Source: an uncultured Rickettsiales bacterium
GTDB taxonomy: Bacteria > Pseudomonadota > Alphaproteobacteria > Micavibrionales > GCA-2720935
Length of the DNA: 64,000 bases
Direction: 5' to 3'
Assembly (NCBI GenBank): GCA_950054255.1
Contig: CATLOR010000002.1
Location: 143,106 to 207,105 of the forward strand
Shown here: positions 22,440-31,457 of the stretch, piece by piece
Layout of the letters: each line of letters opens with the position of its first letter
How positions within the stretch are numbered: position 1 is the stretch's first letter
The notes under the pieces: generated by a model
Databases searched by the model: none
Told to the model about the DNA's origin: nothing
Seen by the model: only the letters and a program-made list of their open reading frames with translations
Program-made: the position numbers and the translations under genes

Positions 22440-24215
22440 GTGTCAAACGCGTTGAATAAAGAAGGTTTTGAATCAAAAAAAACCTCCCTATTAGTGGGGC
22501 GTATTATAAGAGATTATTTATCTTCTTATAAAGGAATGCTTTTGTTGGCATTTTTTATGATGGGTGTTGCTGCAGCAATGACTGGCGCGCTTGCATCGCT
22601 CATGGAGCCTATGATTGATGATGTATTCCAATCAAAAGATGAAACTATGCTTTATCCTGTGGCGCTTGGCATCTTTGGTGCTTTTATGTTGCGTGGTTTT
22701 TCAACTTATGGGCATACGGTTGTTTTAAATAAAATTGGCCAAGGAATTGTTGCGCGTGTTCAAAGTGACTTGCTTGGGCATTTACTTCATTTAGATTTAA
22801 ACTTCTTTCACGCAAACCATAGTGGGCATTTGTTATCACGCGTTATTAATGATGTTGCCTTAATGAGGCAGGCTGTGGCCGAATGTTTTACAGGCATGGG
22901 AAAGAGTGTGCTTACTCTTATTTTCTTAACAGGCGTTATGTTTTACCAAGATTGGCGCATGGCGTTGGCCGCGTTTTTTGTGTTTCCTGCATCTGCATTT
23001 TTAGTGGCCAAAGTAGGTAAAAGATTGCGCAAAGTTTCTGTTTCAACACAGAGTAATATTGCTTATTTTTCAGGAATGCTTTCGCAGGTTTTTCAAGCGA
23101 TCAGGCAGGTCAAAGCTTATGGGATGGAGTCATATGAGCAGGCACGTGCAGAAGGGTATATTACATCTCTATTTAAGTTGGTGCATAAGGCGGTTAAGGT
23201 TTCAACTTTGACAACACCAATGACAGAAGTGTTGACAGGCTTGGCTATGGTTACTGTCGTTTTGTATGGAGGTGGTCAGGTGATCTCTGGGGCAAATACA
23301 ACAGGTAGTTTATTCTCTTTTATAACGGCATTTATGTTGGCTTACGAGCCAATGAAACGCTTAGCGAAATTAAATAATGTACTGCAAATAGGGTTAGCTG
23401 CGGCAGATCGTGTTTTTGAGGTGATGGATACTGTCCCTGTTATTCAAGATAAAGAAAATGCTGTAGATCTGGTATTGAATAAAGCCGATATATCTTTTGA
23501 AAATGTGGGCTTTTCTTATCCTGATGGTACTGTTGCGTTGAAAGAATTGACTTTAAGTATTCCTGCGGGGAAAACAGTCGCCCTTGTTGGGTCTTCTGGC
23601 GCTGGGAAGTCTACGGTTTTGAATCTCATTCCACGTTTTTATGACGTCACAAAAGGATGTGTTAAAGTTGATGGTCATGATGTGCGTGATGTCACGCAAA
23701 GTTCACTTCGTGAGAATATGGCGCTTGTTTCTCAAGAGATTTCTATTTTTGATGAAACAGTTTTTCACAATATTGCTTATGGGCTAAAGGAAGCGACAAA
23801 AGAACAGGTTATTGAAGCGGCAAAAAAGGCTGCAGCACATGATTTTATCGAAAAACTTCCTCATGGCTATGATACGGTTGTTGGTGAACAGGGTGTAAAA
23901 ATATCTGGTGGGCAAAGACAGCGTATTTCTATTGCGCGTGCAATGTTACGTAATGCGCCGATTTTATTACTTGATGAAGCAACCTCAGCTTTAGATAATG
24001 AATCTGAGCGTTTAGTGCAAGATGCTTTAGGTGTTTTACAACAAGGGAAAACAACACTCGTTGTTGCGCATAGACTATCAACAATTGTAGGTGCAGATAT
24101 TATTTGTGTCATGGAAGATGGGCACATTGTTGAGCAAGGCACTCATGAAGAGCTTATTTCAAATAAGAGTGGTGCATATTCTCGTTTCTACGAGCTTCAC
24201 AAAATCGCAAGCTAA
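22440..24215 (+). CDS. ABC transporter permease/ATPase, MsbA-like exporter
   Basis: Six-TM N-domain plus NBD with GSSGAGKST, ISGGQRQR, LLLDEATSALD. GTG start. Confidence 0.85.
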   Translation: MSNALNKEGFESKKTSLLVGRIIRDYLSSYKGMLLLAFFMMGVAAAMTGALASLMEPMIDDVFQSKDETMLYPVALGIFGAFMLRGFSTYGHTVVLNKIGQGIVARVQSDLLGHLLHLDLNFFHANHSGHLLSRVINDVALMRQAVAECFTGMGKSVLTLIFLTGVMFYQDWRMALAAFFVFPASAFLVAKVGKRLRKVSVSTQSNIAYFSGMLSQVFQAIRQVKAYGMESYEQARAEGYITSLFKLVHKAVKVSTLTTPMTEVLTGLAMVTVVLYGGGQVISGANTTGSLFSFITAFMLAYEPMKRLAKLNNVLQIGLAAADRVFEVMDTVPVIQDKENAVDLVLNKADISFENVGFSYPDGTVALKELTLSIPAGKTVALVGSSGAGKSTVLNLIPRFYDVTKGCVKVDGHDVRDVTQSSLRENMALVSQEISIFDETVFHNIAYGLKEATKEQVIEAAKKAAAHDFIEKLPHGYDTVVGEQGVKISGGQRQRISIARAMLRNAPILLLDEATSALDNESERLVQDALGVLQQGKTTLVVAHRLSTIVGADIICVMEDGHIVEQGTHEELISNKSGAYSRFYELHKIAS

Positions 24216-24219
24216 AGAT

Positions 24220-25317
24220 TTAAAAAGGCACAGGAGAAGGTCTAGGAGCTGGCGCTTCGTAATCTTTTGAGCCGTGTAAAGAGAATGTTTTTTGTCGAGG
24301 AGCTTTTATACCCGCTTCCTCACAAAGAATATCAAACGCAGACTTATCGGGATTCTCTGATAGTGCATCTATAAGGTTTGGGTATGATTTATTTAAAAAT
24401 ACGTTTCCTAATTCTGTATTTGCTAAAGATTCCACTTGTTGATTGATGGTTGAATTATATTTGCCGTGTTTTCTGATATTATATTGTAATTCTAGATATC
24501 TAAATGCGTCTTTTAGGACGGAGAATGGTTTTGGAAATAAAATCGTATCCTCTGTTCCTAATTCTAAATCAGGTGCGTCACCTATTAAGCTTGTGAGGGA
24601 TGGAAGCGTGGCGGCAATCATTAGATCATTTGTTGTTAAATCGTTGGTTTCTGGAGGTTGTGGTAATTTTTTTAATGTTGCTGCAACATGATAGTGTAGA
24701 AGCATAGAAAAATAGGCTGTATTATAGCAGCTGATAGCTTGAGAATATAAATATTGGTTAAATACATGATTGCTAGCAAGGTCTAAAGACTCTTTTTTTG
24801 TGGCGTTAGGCTGTTCTGTTTGATGTTGGGTAAAGGCTTTTTCAAAATGTTCTAATAGAGGGGTGAAATGTTCAGAATTTATATGATTAAGCGCATGCTC
24901 CCACGGATCGGAATAAGCATTTAGCTTCATTTCAAATAGGCATCGAATATGGCATGTGACTGCTCCACGTTCTTGTGCATGAAGATAAGCTAGGTGATTA
25001 TTAAAAGGGGCGTGCAAGGCATTTAAGTTAAAATGACTAGGGTGATAATCTTGTACGGCATGCATCATCTCATGTGCTGTAATACAAATATTATGAAGAA
25101 CGGAATTTTCTTCATTTGTTATAACTGTCTTGTGTCTATAGAGGCCGTCTTGGTCTTGTAGTTTATCTTCAACAAACTGGACACCTTGCGTTATACACCA
25201 TTCGTAAAGTTCTTTACCTGTTTCACTATAGGCGGCTAAAAGTTCTAAAGCATGGCGTATTTTAGGAGGAATACGTCTTTTTTCGTCATTAATATAATCG
25301 CTATAAGTCTGTGTCAT
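24220..25317 (-). CDS. hypothetical protein with HExxH zinc-metallopeptidase-like motif
   Basis: 365 aa. TAHEMMHAVQ motif. No signal peptide seen. Proline-rich C-terminal tail (APAPRPSPVPF). Confidence 0.45.
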   Translation of the reverse strand: MTQTYSDYINDEKRRIPPKIRHALELLAAYSETGKELYEWCITQGVQFVEDKLQDQDGLYRHKTVITNEENSVLHNICITAHEMMHAVQDYHPSHFNLNALHAPFNNHLAYLHAQERGAVTCHIRCLFEMKLNAYSDPWEHALNHINSEHFTPLLEHFEKAFTQHQTEQPNATKKESLDLASNHVFNQYLYSQAISCYNTAYFSMLLHYHVAATLKKLPQPPETNDLTTNDLMIAATLPSLTSLIGDAPDLELGTEDTILFPKPFSVLKDAFRYLELQYNIRKHGKYNSTINQQVESLANTELGNVFLNKSYPNLIDALSENPDKSAFDILCEEAGIKAPRQKTFSLHGSKDYEAPAPRPSPVPF

Positions 25318-25369
25318 TTTTCCATCACCAATCTATAGGGGGCGAGGTTATCATAATATGTAAAATATG

Positions 25370-26128
25370 TCAAGCTTTACAGGCTAAGGTTTGGAAAAAA
25401 TGATGAGGTGCTTTTGTGATCTTTTTTGCTTTGAGCTGCTGTTCACTTGTGAGAGGGAATTCGAATGTTAGTTTTAAATCATTAATGTTATGACCGTATT
25501 CAAGATATAAAGCCTCAAAATGTGCAATGTTTTTACTAATATGATCTAAGTTTTCTTCAAAATCTTTTGCGAGTTCAAAGTCAATTTTTATATCGTGAAG
25601 TGGACATACAGAGAGTAATTCCGTCATGTAGGCGAGATTGTCAGCTTGTGTTAAATCGTGATAGCCACTTCCTAGATCATCAATTACAAACTGATATCCT
25701 AGATCTTTAAGTTCATTGAAAATAGGTTTTAGCTTTTGAAGGTTTTGTGCTTTGCTGTTTTCCGTTATTTCAAGGCACAATTTCTCAGCGTTAGGAACAC
25801 TTCTAAGGATCGATAAAATATCATCTTTATATTCTGATTCAAAGACAGCAAGAGGGATATTGATATTTACTTTCGGGCAATTTGTTTGTTTTGAGAATGA
25901 TAGGGCTGCTTGTATCTGTCTTTCTATGAAGTCAGCAAATAAAGGAAACAAGCTTTGATCTTCAATAGTTTCATTAAATAAGTGGCCAATTTTTTCTGAA
26001 GGGATTTGATGCGGAAAAAATAAAATTTCAGCTTTGTGGAGATTGTTGTTAGCAGTGTGTATACGCGCAAACGCAAAGATCTTTGTGCTTTGTATTTCTG
26101 CTAAGAAAGTATCTTTAAGAGATGTCAT
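25370..26128 (-). CDS. stand-alone EAL-like domain protein (probably degenerate)
   Basis: EAL-domain landmarks LCLEITEN, FVIDDLGSGY, IKID. EIL replaces EAL, and the EGVE and QG motifs are not recognisable. Confidence 0.55.
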   Translation of the reverse strand: MTSLKDTFLAEIQSTKIFAFARIHTANNNLHKAEILFFPHQIPSEKIGHLFNETIEDQSLFPLFADFIERQIQAALSFSKQTNCPKVNINIPLAVFESEYKDDILSILRSVPNAEKLCLEITENSKAQNLQKLKPIFNELKDLGYQFVIDDLGSGYHDLTQADNLAYMTELLSVCPLHDIKIDFELAKDFEENLDHISKNIAHFEALYLEYGHNINDLKLTFEFPLTSEQQLKAKKITKAPHHFFQTLACKA

Positions 26129-26209
26129 GAAAAGAGTTCTTTGAATCTAGTTTTTCTTAAGTATAATCCAATACACAAATGTTAAAAACAAAAAAAATAG
26201 GTAAATTTC

Positions 26210-26818
26210 ATGATGCGTTCGATGTTTAATATAGTTTTGGTAAGTATTACATGCCTCTTTCTGGCTTCTTGCTATGAAGGCGGCCAACCAAAGCTGAATA
26301 CAGATGAATTTATTATTAAAACACAGTCAGGAGAAGAATTTACTTTTGATCTTGAGGTTGCTGATACGCTTGATGAGCAAATGAATGGTTTAATGAATAG
26401 AACGTCATTAGACGATGATGAGGGGATGGCATTTCCTGTTGGGATACCACGTATTTTTAATATGTGGATGCGTGATACGCAAATAGCACTTGATATGGTT
26501 TTTGTGGATGAATTTGGTGAAATTACTCATATTCATTGGGAGGCTCAACCATTTTCAGACGAAGTTATAACGCATGCTATTCCTGCAAAAGCTGTCTTGG
26601 AGCTTAAGGGAGGGGTTGCTTTGGACAAAGATATTAATCCAGGCGATTTCGTATTCCACCCAGTCTTTAAAAATATGCATTTAGTGGATAATCAAGAATT
26701 GCCAGAAACACGTATACAGCGCCTAGAGCGAGAAGTGCGTGAATTTGAAGCTTACAGGAAAAAAGCACAAGAAGAAGCAGAGATGCGCGCAAAAGACACT
26801 AAGGAAGATAAAAAATAA
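26210..26818 (+). CDS. DUF192-family lipoprotein with charged C-terminal extension
   Basis: Lipobox LFLASC. DUF192-like core (GLMNRTSL...GMAF...MWMRDTQIALDMVFVD). Confidence 0.6.
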   Translation: MMRSMFNIVLVSITCLFLASCYEGGQPKLNTDEFIIKTQSGEEFTFDLEVADTLDEQMNGLMNRTSLDDDEGMAFPVGIPRIFNMWMRDTQIALDMVFVDEFGEITHIHWEAQPFSDEVITHAIPAKAVLELKGGVALDKDINPGDFVFHPVFKNMHLVDNQELPETRIQRLEREVREFEAYRKKAQEEAEMRAKDTKEDKK

Positions 26819-26908
26819 AAACTTTTTTAAAAAGAAGCTTGCACAAAATTTCTTTCTTGTGTAGATATAGCATCACTTCATTGAGTTGAAGTCTTTATAT
26901 TAAGAATA

Positions 26909-26985
<77 letters not shown>

Positions 26986-27007
26986 TCTTTTTTAAATCCT
27001 TTTATAT

Positions 27008-28312
27008 TTATCCTTTATATGCTTTTAGAGCCTGATCTAAATCAGCGATAATATCATCAATATGCTCGATACCAACAGAGATACGGATAATATCTGGTCC
27101 TGCATTGGCCTCGATTTGATGCTCTTCGCTAAGTTGTGCATGTGTTGTAGAGCTTGGGTGAATAACAAGTGTTCTTGTGTCACCAAGATTTGCTAAATGG
27201 CTTGCCATTTTAACGGTTTCAACAAATTTAATACCAGCTTCTTTTCCACCTTTTAATCCGAATGAGAAAAGAGATCCAGCGCCTTTTGGCATATATTTTT
27301 CTTGTAGCTTTTTATAAGGGCTATCAGGAAGCCCTGCATAATTAACCCATGAAACAGCATCATGTGTTTGTAAGAACTCAGCAACACGTTTGGCGTTATA
27401 ACAATGGCGTTCCATACGCAAGGGAAGGGTTTCTAATCCAACAAGTGTTAACCAAGCATTCATAGGTTGTTGGCAAAGACCAAGATCTCTCAAACCAACG
27501 CCATGATTATGAACAGTCATAGCCATATCACCAAAGCTTTCAAGAAAGTTTTTGCCATGATATACAGGTTCAGAAATGGCAATATTAGGGTATTTGTCTT
27601 TGTGTTTAGCCCAGTCAAATTTTCCGCTATCAATAACAGCGCCACCCATAGCGTGACCATGGCCTGAAATAAATTTCGTTGTTGAATAAATAACGATATC
27701 TGCGCCAAATTCAAAAGGTTTGCACAGATAAGGTGTAGCAAGGGTGTTGTCAACTACCATAGGAATGCCAGCCTCTTCTGCGATACGAGCAATCGCTTCT
27801 ATATCTGTTACAACGCCGCCAGGGTTGGCTAGGCTTTCCACAAACAAGAATTTGGTTTTTTCTGTAAGGGCGCGTTTGAAATTTTCAGGATCATCTGGGT
27901 TAACTAAAATACCATTCCAACCAAAAGCACGTGGGAAGGTGTTTTTAAGTTGACTGATCGAGCCTCCATAAAGTTTGTTCGAAGAAACAACATCTTCGCC
28001 ATGTGACATGAGGGTGAAATAGGTTAAGAGTTGTGCCGCATGTCCTGATGCAGTGCATGTCGCTCCTGCGCCACCTTCTAACTGAGCAAGGCGTTGCTCT
28101 AAAATACCAACAGTTGGATTTGTAAGGCGTGAATAGACATAGCCTGCATCATCGAGGGCAAATAGATCTGCTGCATGCTGGGCATCTTTAAAAACATAGG
28201 CGGTTGATTGATGGATGGGGGGAATAACAGCGCCAGTTGTTTCGCATGGCTGAGTTCCTGCATGGATTGCTAATGTTTCAATGTTTGTGCTATTGATTTC
28301 TTTTTTTCGCAT
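27008..28312 (-). CDS. metY: O-acetylhomoserine sulfhydrylase (PLP-dependent)
   Basis: 434 aa. Cys/Met-metabolism PLP family (YSRLTNPT..., STTKFISGHG containing the PLP lysine). Confidence 0.85.
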   Translation of the reverse strand: MRKKEINSTNIETLAIHAGTQPCETTGAVIPPIHQSTAYVFKDAQHAADLFALDDAGYVYSRLTNPTVGILEQRLAQLEGGAGATCTASGHAAQLLTYFTLMSHGEDVVSSNKLYGGSISQLKNTFPRAFGWNGILVNPDDPENFKRALTEKTKFLFVESLANPGGVVTDIEAIARIAEEAGIPMVVDNTLATPYLCKPFEFGADIVIYSTTKFISGHGHAMGGAVIDSGKFDWAKHKDKYPNIAISEPVYHGKNFLESFGDMAMTVHNHGVGLRDLGLCQQPMNAWLTLVGLETLPLRMERHCYNAKRVAEFLQTHDAVSWVNYAGLPDSPYKKLQEKYMPKGAGSLFSFGLKGGKEAGIKFVETVKMASHLANLGDTRTLVIHPSSTTHAQLSEEHQIEANAGPDIIRISVGIEHIDDIIADLDQALKAYKG

Positions 28313-28460
28313 TTTGTATACTCCCTAATAAATACTATTCTAGGCTATCAAACCAGATTCACGACGTTTAACCAAATAATTTCTTTTATGTTAGAGGGTT
28401 AATTAAATGGTATTATAATACCTTATTTGTAACTACTCTGTTTTTTAAGTATTTTTTATG

Positions 28461-28490
28461 TTGACAAAGTAGGGGTAAACCTCTTATAAC
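28461..28490 (+). promoter_or_regulatory. candidate sigma70-type promoter for rplM-rpsI
   Basis: TTGACA (28461-28466), 18 nt spacer, TATAAC (28485-28490), about 50 nt upstream of the rplM ATG. Confidence 0.4.
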
Positions 28491-28542
28491 CCAGATCGTA
28501 ATTAAAAATTTAACTTAGAATAATAATAGGACTGTTACAGAT

Positions 28543-29028
28543 ATGAGTTCAAAATCTCTTCGCACAACACAGACGACTTCTGCTAAGTCATCTGATGTTG
28601 AAAAAAAATGGTTTGTTGTTGACGCTGAAGGTGTGATCCTTGGTCGTTTGGCAACAGTTGTCGCTTCACGCTTACGTGGTAAGCACACACCGTCTTTCAC
28701 ACCTCATGTTGATACAGGTGATAACATTATTGTTATCAATGCTGATAAAATTGTTCTTACGGGTAGAAAACGTGATCATGATGTCTTCTTCTGGCACACA
28801 GGTCACCCAGGTGGGATCAAACAACGCACTAAGGGTCAAATCTTAGATGGTAAGCACCCAGAGCGTGTTGTTGAAAAAGCAATCGAACGTATGCTTCCTA
28901 AAACAAAATTAGGTCGTGCTGTTTTGAAAAACCTACGTGTATATGCAGGTGCAACACATGAGCATGAAGCACAAAATCCAACTGTATTGGATGTTGCTTC
29001 TATGAATGAAAAGAACAAAAGAGCATAA
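28543..29028 (+). CDS. rplM: 50S ribosomal protein L13
   Basis: [17 protein letters not shown]... is a canonical L13 N-terminus. rplM-rpsI pair. Confidence 0.95.
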   Translation: MSSKSLRTTQTTSAKSSDVEKKWFVVDAEGVILGRLATVVASRLRGKHTPSFTPHVDTGDNIIVINADKIVLTGRKRDHDVFFWHTGHPGGIKQRTKGQILDGKHPERVVEKAIERMLPKTKLGRAVLKNLRVYAGATHEHEAQNPTVLDVASMNEKNKRA

Positions 29029-29046
29029 GGATAAGGATTTAAAACA

Positions 29047-29490
29047 ATGACAGAAACAGCAACACAAGAAACAACAGTTGTAGTAGAGCCTGTACGTGAT
29101 GAGCATGGTCGTTCTTATGCAACAGGAAAAAGAAAAAACTCAATCGCACGTGTTTGGATTAAGCCAGGTAATGGTAAGATCGTTGTAAACGGAAAAGAAG
29201 ATAGTACTTATTTCCCAAGAGCAACACACGTCATGATGATCAACCAACCATTTGGTGTATGTGGACGTGAAGGTCAATTTGACGTTATGTGTACAGTGAC
29301 TGGTGGTGGTTTATCAGGTCAAGCGGGTGCGGTTCGTCACGGTATTTCAAAAGCATTGACACTTTATGAGCCTGAACTTCGTCCAGCTCTTAAATCAGAA
29401 GGCTTCTTGACTCGTGACTCTCGTACAGTTGAGCGTAAGAAATATGGTCTTAGAAAAGCTCGCCGTAAGAAGCAATTCTCAAAACGTTAA
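29047..29490 (+). CDS. rpsI: 30S ribosomal protein S9
   Basis: [19 protein letters not shown] and the C-terminal RKKQFSKR are typical of S9. Confidence 0.95.
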   Translation: MTETATQETTVVVEPVRDEHGRSYATGKRKNSIARVWIKPGNGKIVVNGKEDSTYFPRATHVMMINQPFGVCGREGQFDVMCTVTGGGLSGQAGAVRHGISKALTLYEPELRPALKSEGFLTRDSRTVERKKYGLRKARRKKQFSKR

Positions 29491-29513
29491 TATCGTTTTG
29501 TACACAAAGAAAA

Positions 29514-29537
29514 GGCGCCCAAGAGGGCGCCTTTTTT
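29514..29537. terminator. rho-independent terminator between convergent rpsI and phaC
   Basis: GGCGCCC-AAGA-GGGCGCC perfect 7-bp GC stem, flanked by A-run and T-run, so it could work in both directions. Confidence 0.7.
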
Positions 29538-29558
29538 GTATGCTGGTTTGTTGATAAA

Positions 29559-31361
29559 TTAAGATTGCTCTAAGATATAAGTACCAGGAGCGGGGCATAG
29601 AGATTTAAGAACGGGCTTTTTGTAATTTCTTGTTACTTTCTTACCTGATTTCTTAGTAATCCATTTTTGCCAATGAAGCCACCAAGATTCTTTTTTGTAT
29701 TTGGCATCATTTAGCCATTCTTCAGAAAGTTCTGGCCATGTTTTTTGTGTCCAATAGCCGTATTTGTTTTTACTGGGTGGATTGATGATGCCCGCGATGT
29801 GTCCAGCTTCTGTTAAAATAAACTGTTTCTCACCTTTGAAATGTTTTGGGCCTTCATAAGTTGTTTTCCATGGAGCAATATGATCTTCTCGCGCAGAGAC
29901 AAAGTAAGAAGGGGTGTCTATTATAGAGATATCAATTTTAGTACCTAAAAGCTCAATTGCATTTTTCTCAACTAAGTTATTTTTTAAGTACATTTCTCTT
30001 AAATAGAACATATGCATTTCATAAGGCATTCTTGTTGCATCATCATTCCAATAGAGAAGATCAAAAGGAAGGGGTTCTTTACCCATAAGATAATTATTTA
30101 CAAAGAAAGACCAAATAAGATCATTGGCACGCATTAAGCTAAATACTTGCTTCAGATCTTCGCTTGGTAAATAACCAATTTGTTTGATTTTATCTTCTAA
30201 GGTTTTTAATTGTTTTTCATCGATGAAGACTTGCATATCTCCTGCTCCTGAAAAATCAATCATGGTGGTTAAGAAAGTGGCGCTTTTAATATCATTTCTT
30301 TTCTTTTGTTTAAGATAGGAAAGACCACAACTTAAAAGCGTGCCGCCTAAGCAGTAACCTGCACAGTTGATTTGTTCTTCACCTGTTTGTTTTTTGACTT
30401 GGTCTAAGGCGGCGAGTAATCCTTCATCTAGGTAACTCTCAAACTTTTTTTGGGCAAGTTCCTTATCGGGGTTAACCCATGAAATACAAAAAACATCCAA
30501 TCCTTGTTCTATGCCCCATTTGATAAATGAATTATTCTCTTGTAGGTCTAGAATATAATATTTATTGATCCATGGCGGAATAATTAAAAGAGGCGTTTTG
30601 TAAACAGTATCAGATGTAGGCGTATAATGAATGAGCTCAATAAGGTCATTGCGATAAATAACATTTCCGCTCGTTGTGGCAAGATTTTCACCAACTTTAA
30701 AGGCTTCTTTATCGACGATGCTTAAGGAAAAACTATCTGATTTATTTTGTAAATCTTTAATAAAGTTTTTATAGCCTTCAAGTAAATTTTCACCCTTGCG
30801 ATCAATCGTTTCTTTTAAAACCGTTGGGTTGGTCAAAAAGAAGTTACTAGGCGCGAGAGCATTTACAAATTGTTTTGTAAAGAAATCAATACGCTTTGCT
30901 GTTTTATCATCTAAACCCTCTAATTTAGAGACACCTTGTAAAAGGTTCTTGCTGAAAATCAAATAAGATTGCTTAACGAAATCAAAGAAGGGGTGTGAAT
31001 TCCATGTTTCATCTTTAAAACGACGGTCGCCTATTTCAGGGGCAATGGTTTTTGTATATTCTTCACCATTTAAGCCTTTATATGTTTCTTGTAAAAGATG
31101 CATGTAATCATCAATAAAGGCGATTTGTGCTTTCATAACAGCCTCAGGATTATTTGCTACATGTTGCCAGAAATCTTGGACGAGGTCAGTTAGCCCAAAA
31201 GGGTCTGATTTCTTAAAATCATCCGGTGAAAAATTTTGAATTTTTTCAAGCCATGTTTTTTGACTTTGAATTATGAGTTCTTGCCATCTGTTTGAGAACA
31301 TAATAGGGTCGAATTCATTTTGATTTTCAGTGGAATTTTCTTTTTTTTGTGACATTTGCAT
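29559..31361 (-). CDS. phaC: class I poly(3-hydroxyalkanoate) synthase
   Basis: 600 aa. Lipase-box variant GYCLGG, and conserved PhaC N-terminal region (RRFKDETWNSHPFFDFVKQSYL). Confidence 0.85.
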   Translation of the reverse strand: MQMSQKKENSTENQNEFDPIMFSNRWQELIIQSQKTWLEKIQNFSPDDFKKSDPFGLTDLVQDFWQHVANNPEAVMKAQIAFIDDYMHLLQETYKGLNGEEYTKTIAPEIGDRRFKDETWNSHPFFDFVKQSYLIFSKNLLQGVSKLEGLDDKTAKRIDFFTKQFVNALAPSNFFLTNPTVLKETIDRKGENLLEGYKNFIKDLQNKSDSFSLSIVDKEAFKVGENLATTSGNVIYRNDLIELIHYTPTSDTVYKTPLLIIPPWINKYYILDLQENNSFIKWGIEQGLDVFCISWVNPDKELAQKKFESYLDEGLLAALDQVKKQTGEEQINCAGYCLGGTLLSCGLSYLKQKKRNDIKSATFLTTMIDFSGAGDMQVFIDEKQLKTLEDKIKQIGYLPSEDLKQVFSLMRANDLIWSFFVNNYLMGKEPLPFDLLYWNDDATRMPYEMHMFYLREMYLKNNLVEKNAIELLGTKIDISIIDTPSYFVSAREDHIAPWKTTYEGPKHFKGEKQFILTEAGHIAGIINPPSKNKYGYWTQKTWPELSEEWLNDAKYKKESWWLHWQKWITKKSGKKVTRNYKKPVLKSLCPAPGTYILEQS

Positions 31362-31457
31362 AGATCCCCCAATCTTTTTAACAATATCCCTTTACTCTTA
31401 TACGCTTTAACGATATTTTTGTCATGTTATTAAATACAAAAAGATTCGTTTGGGATT

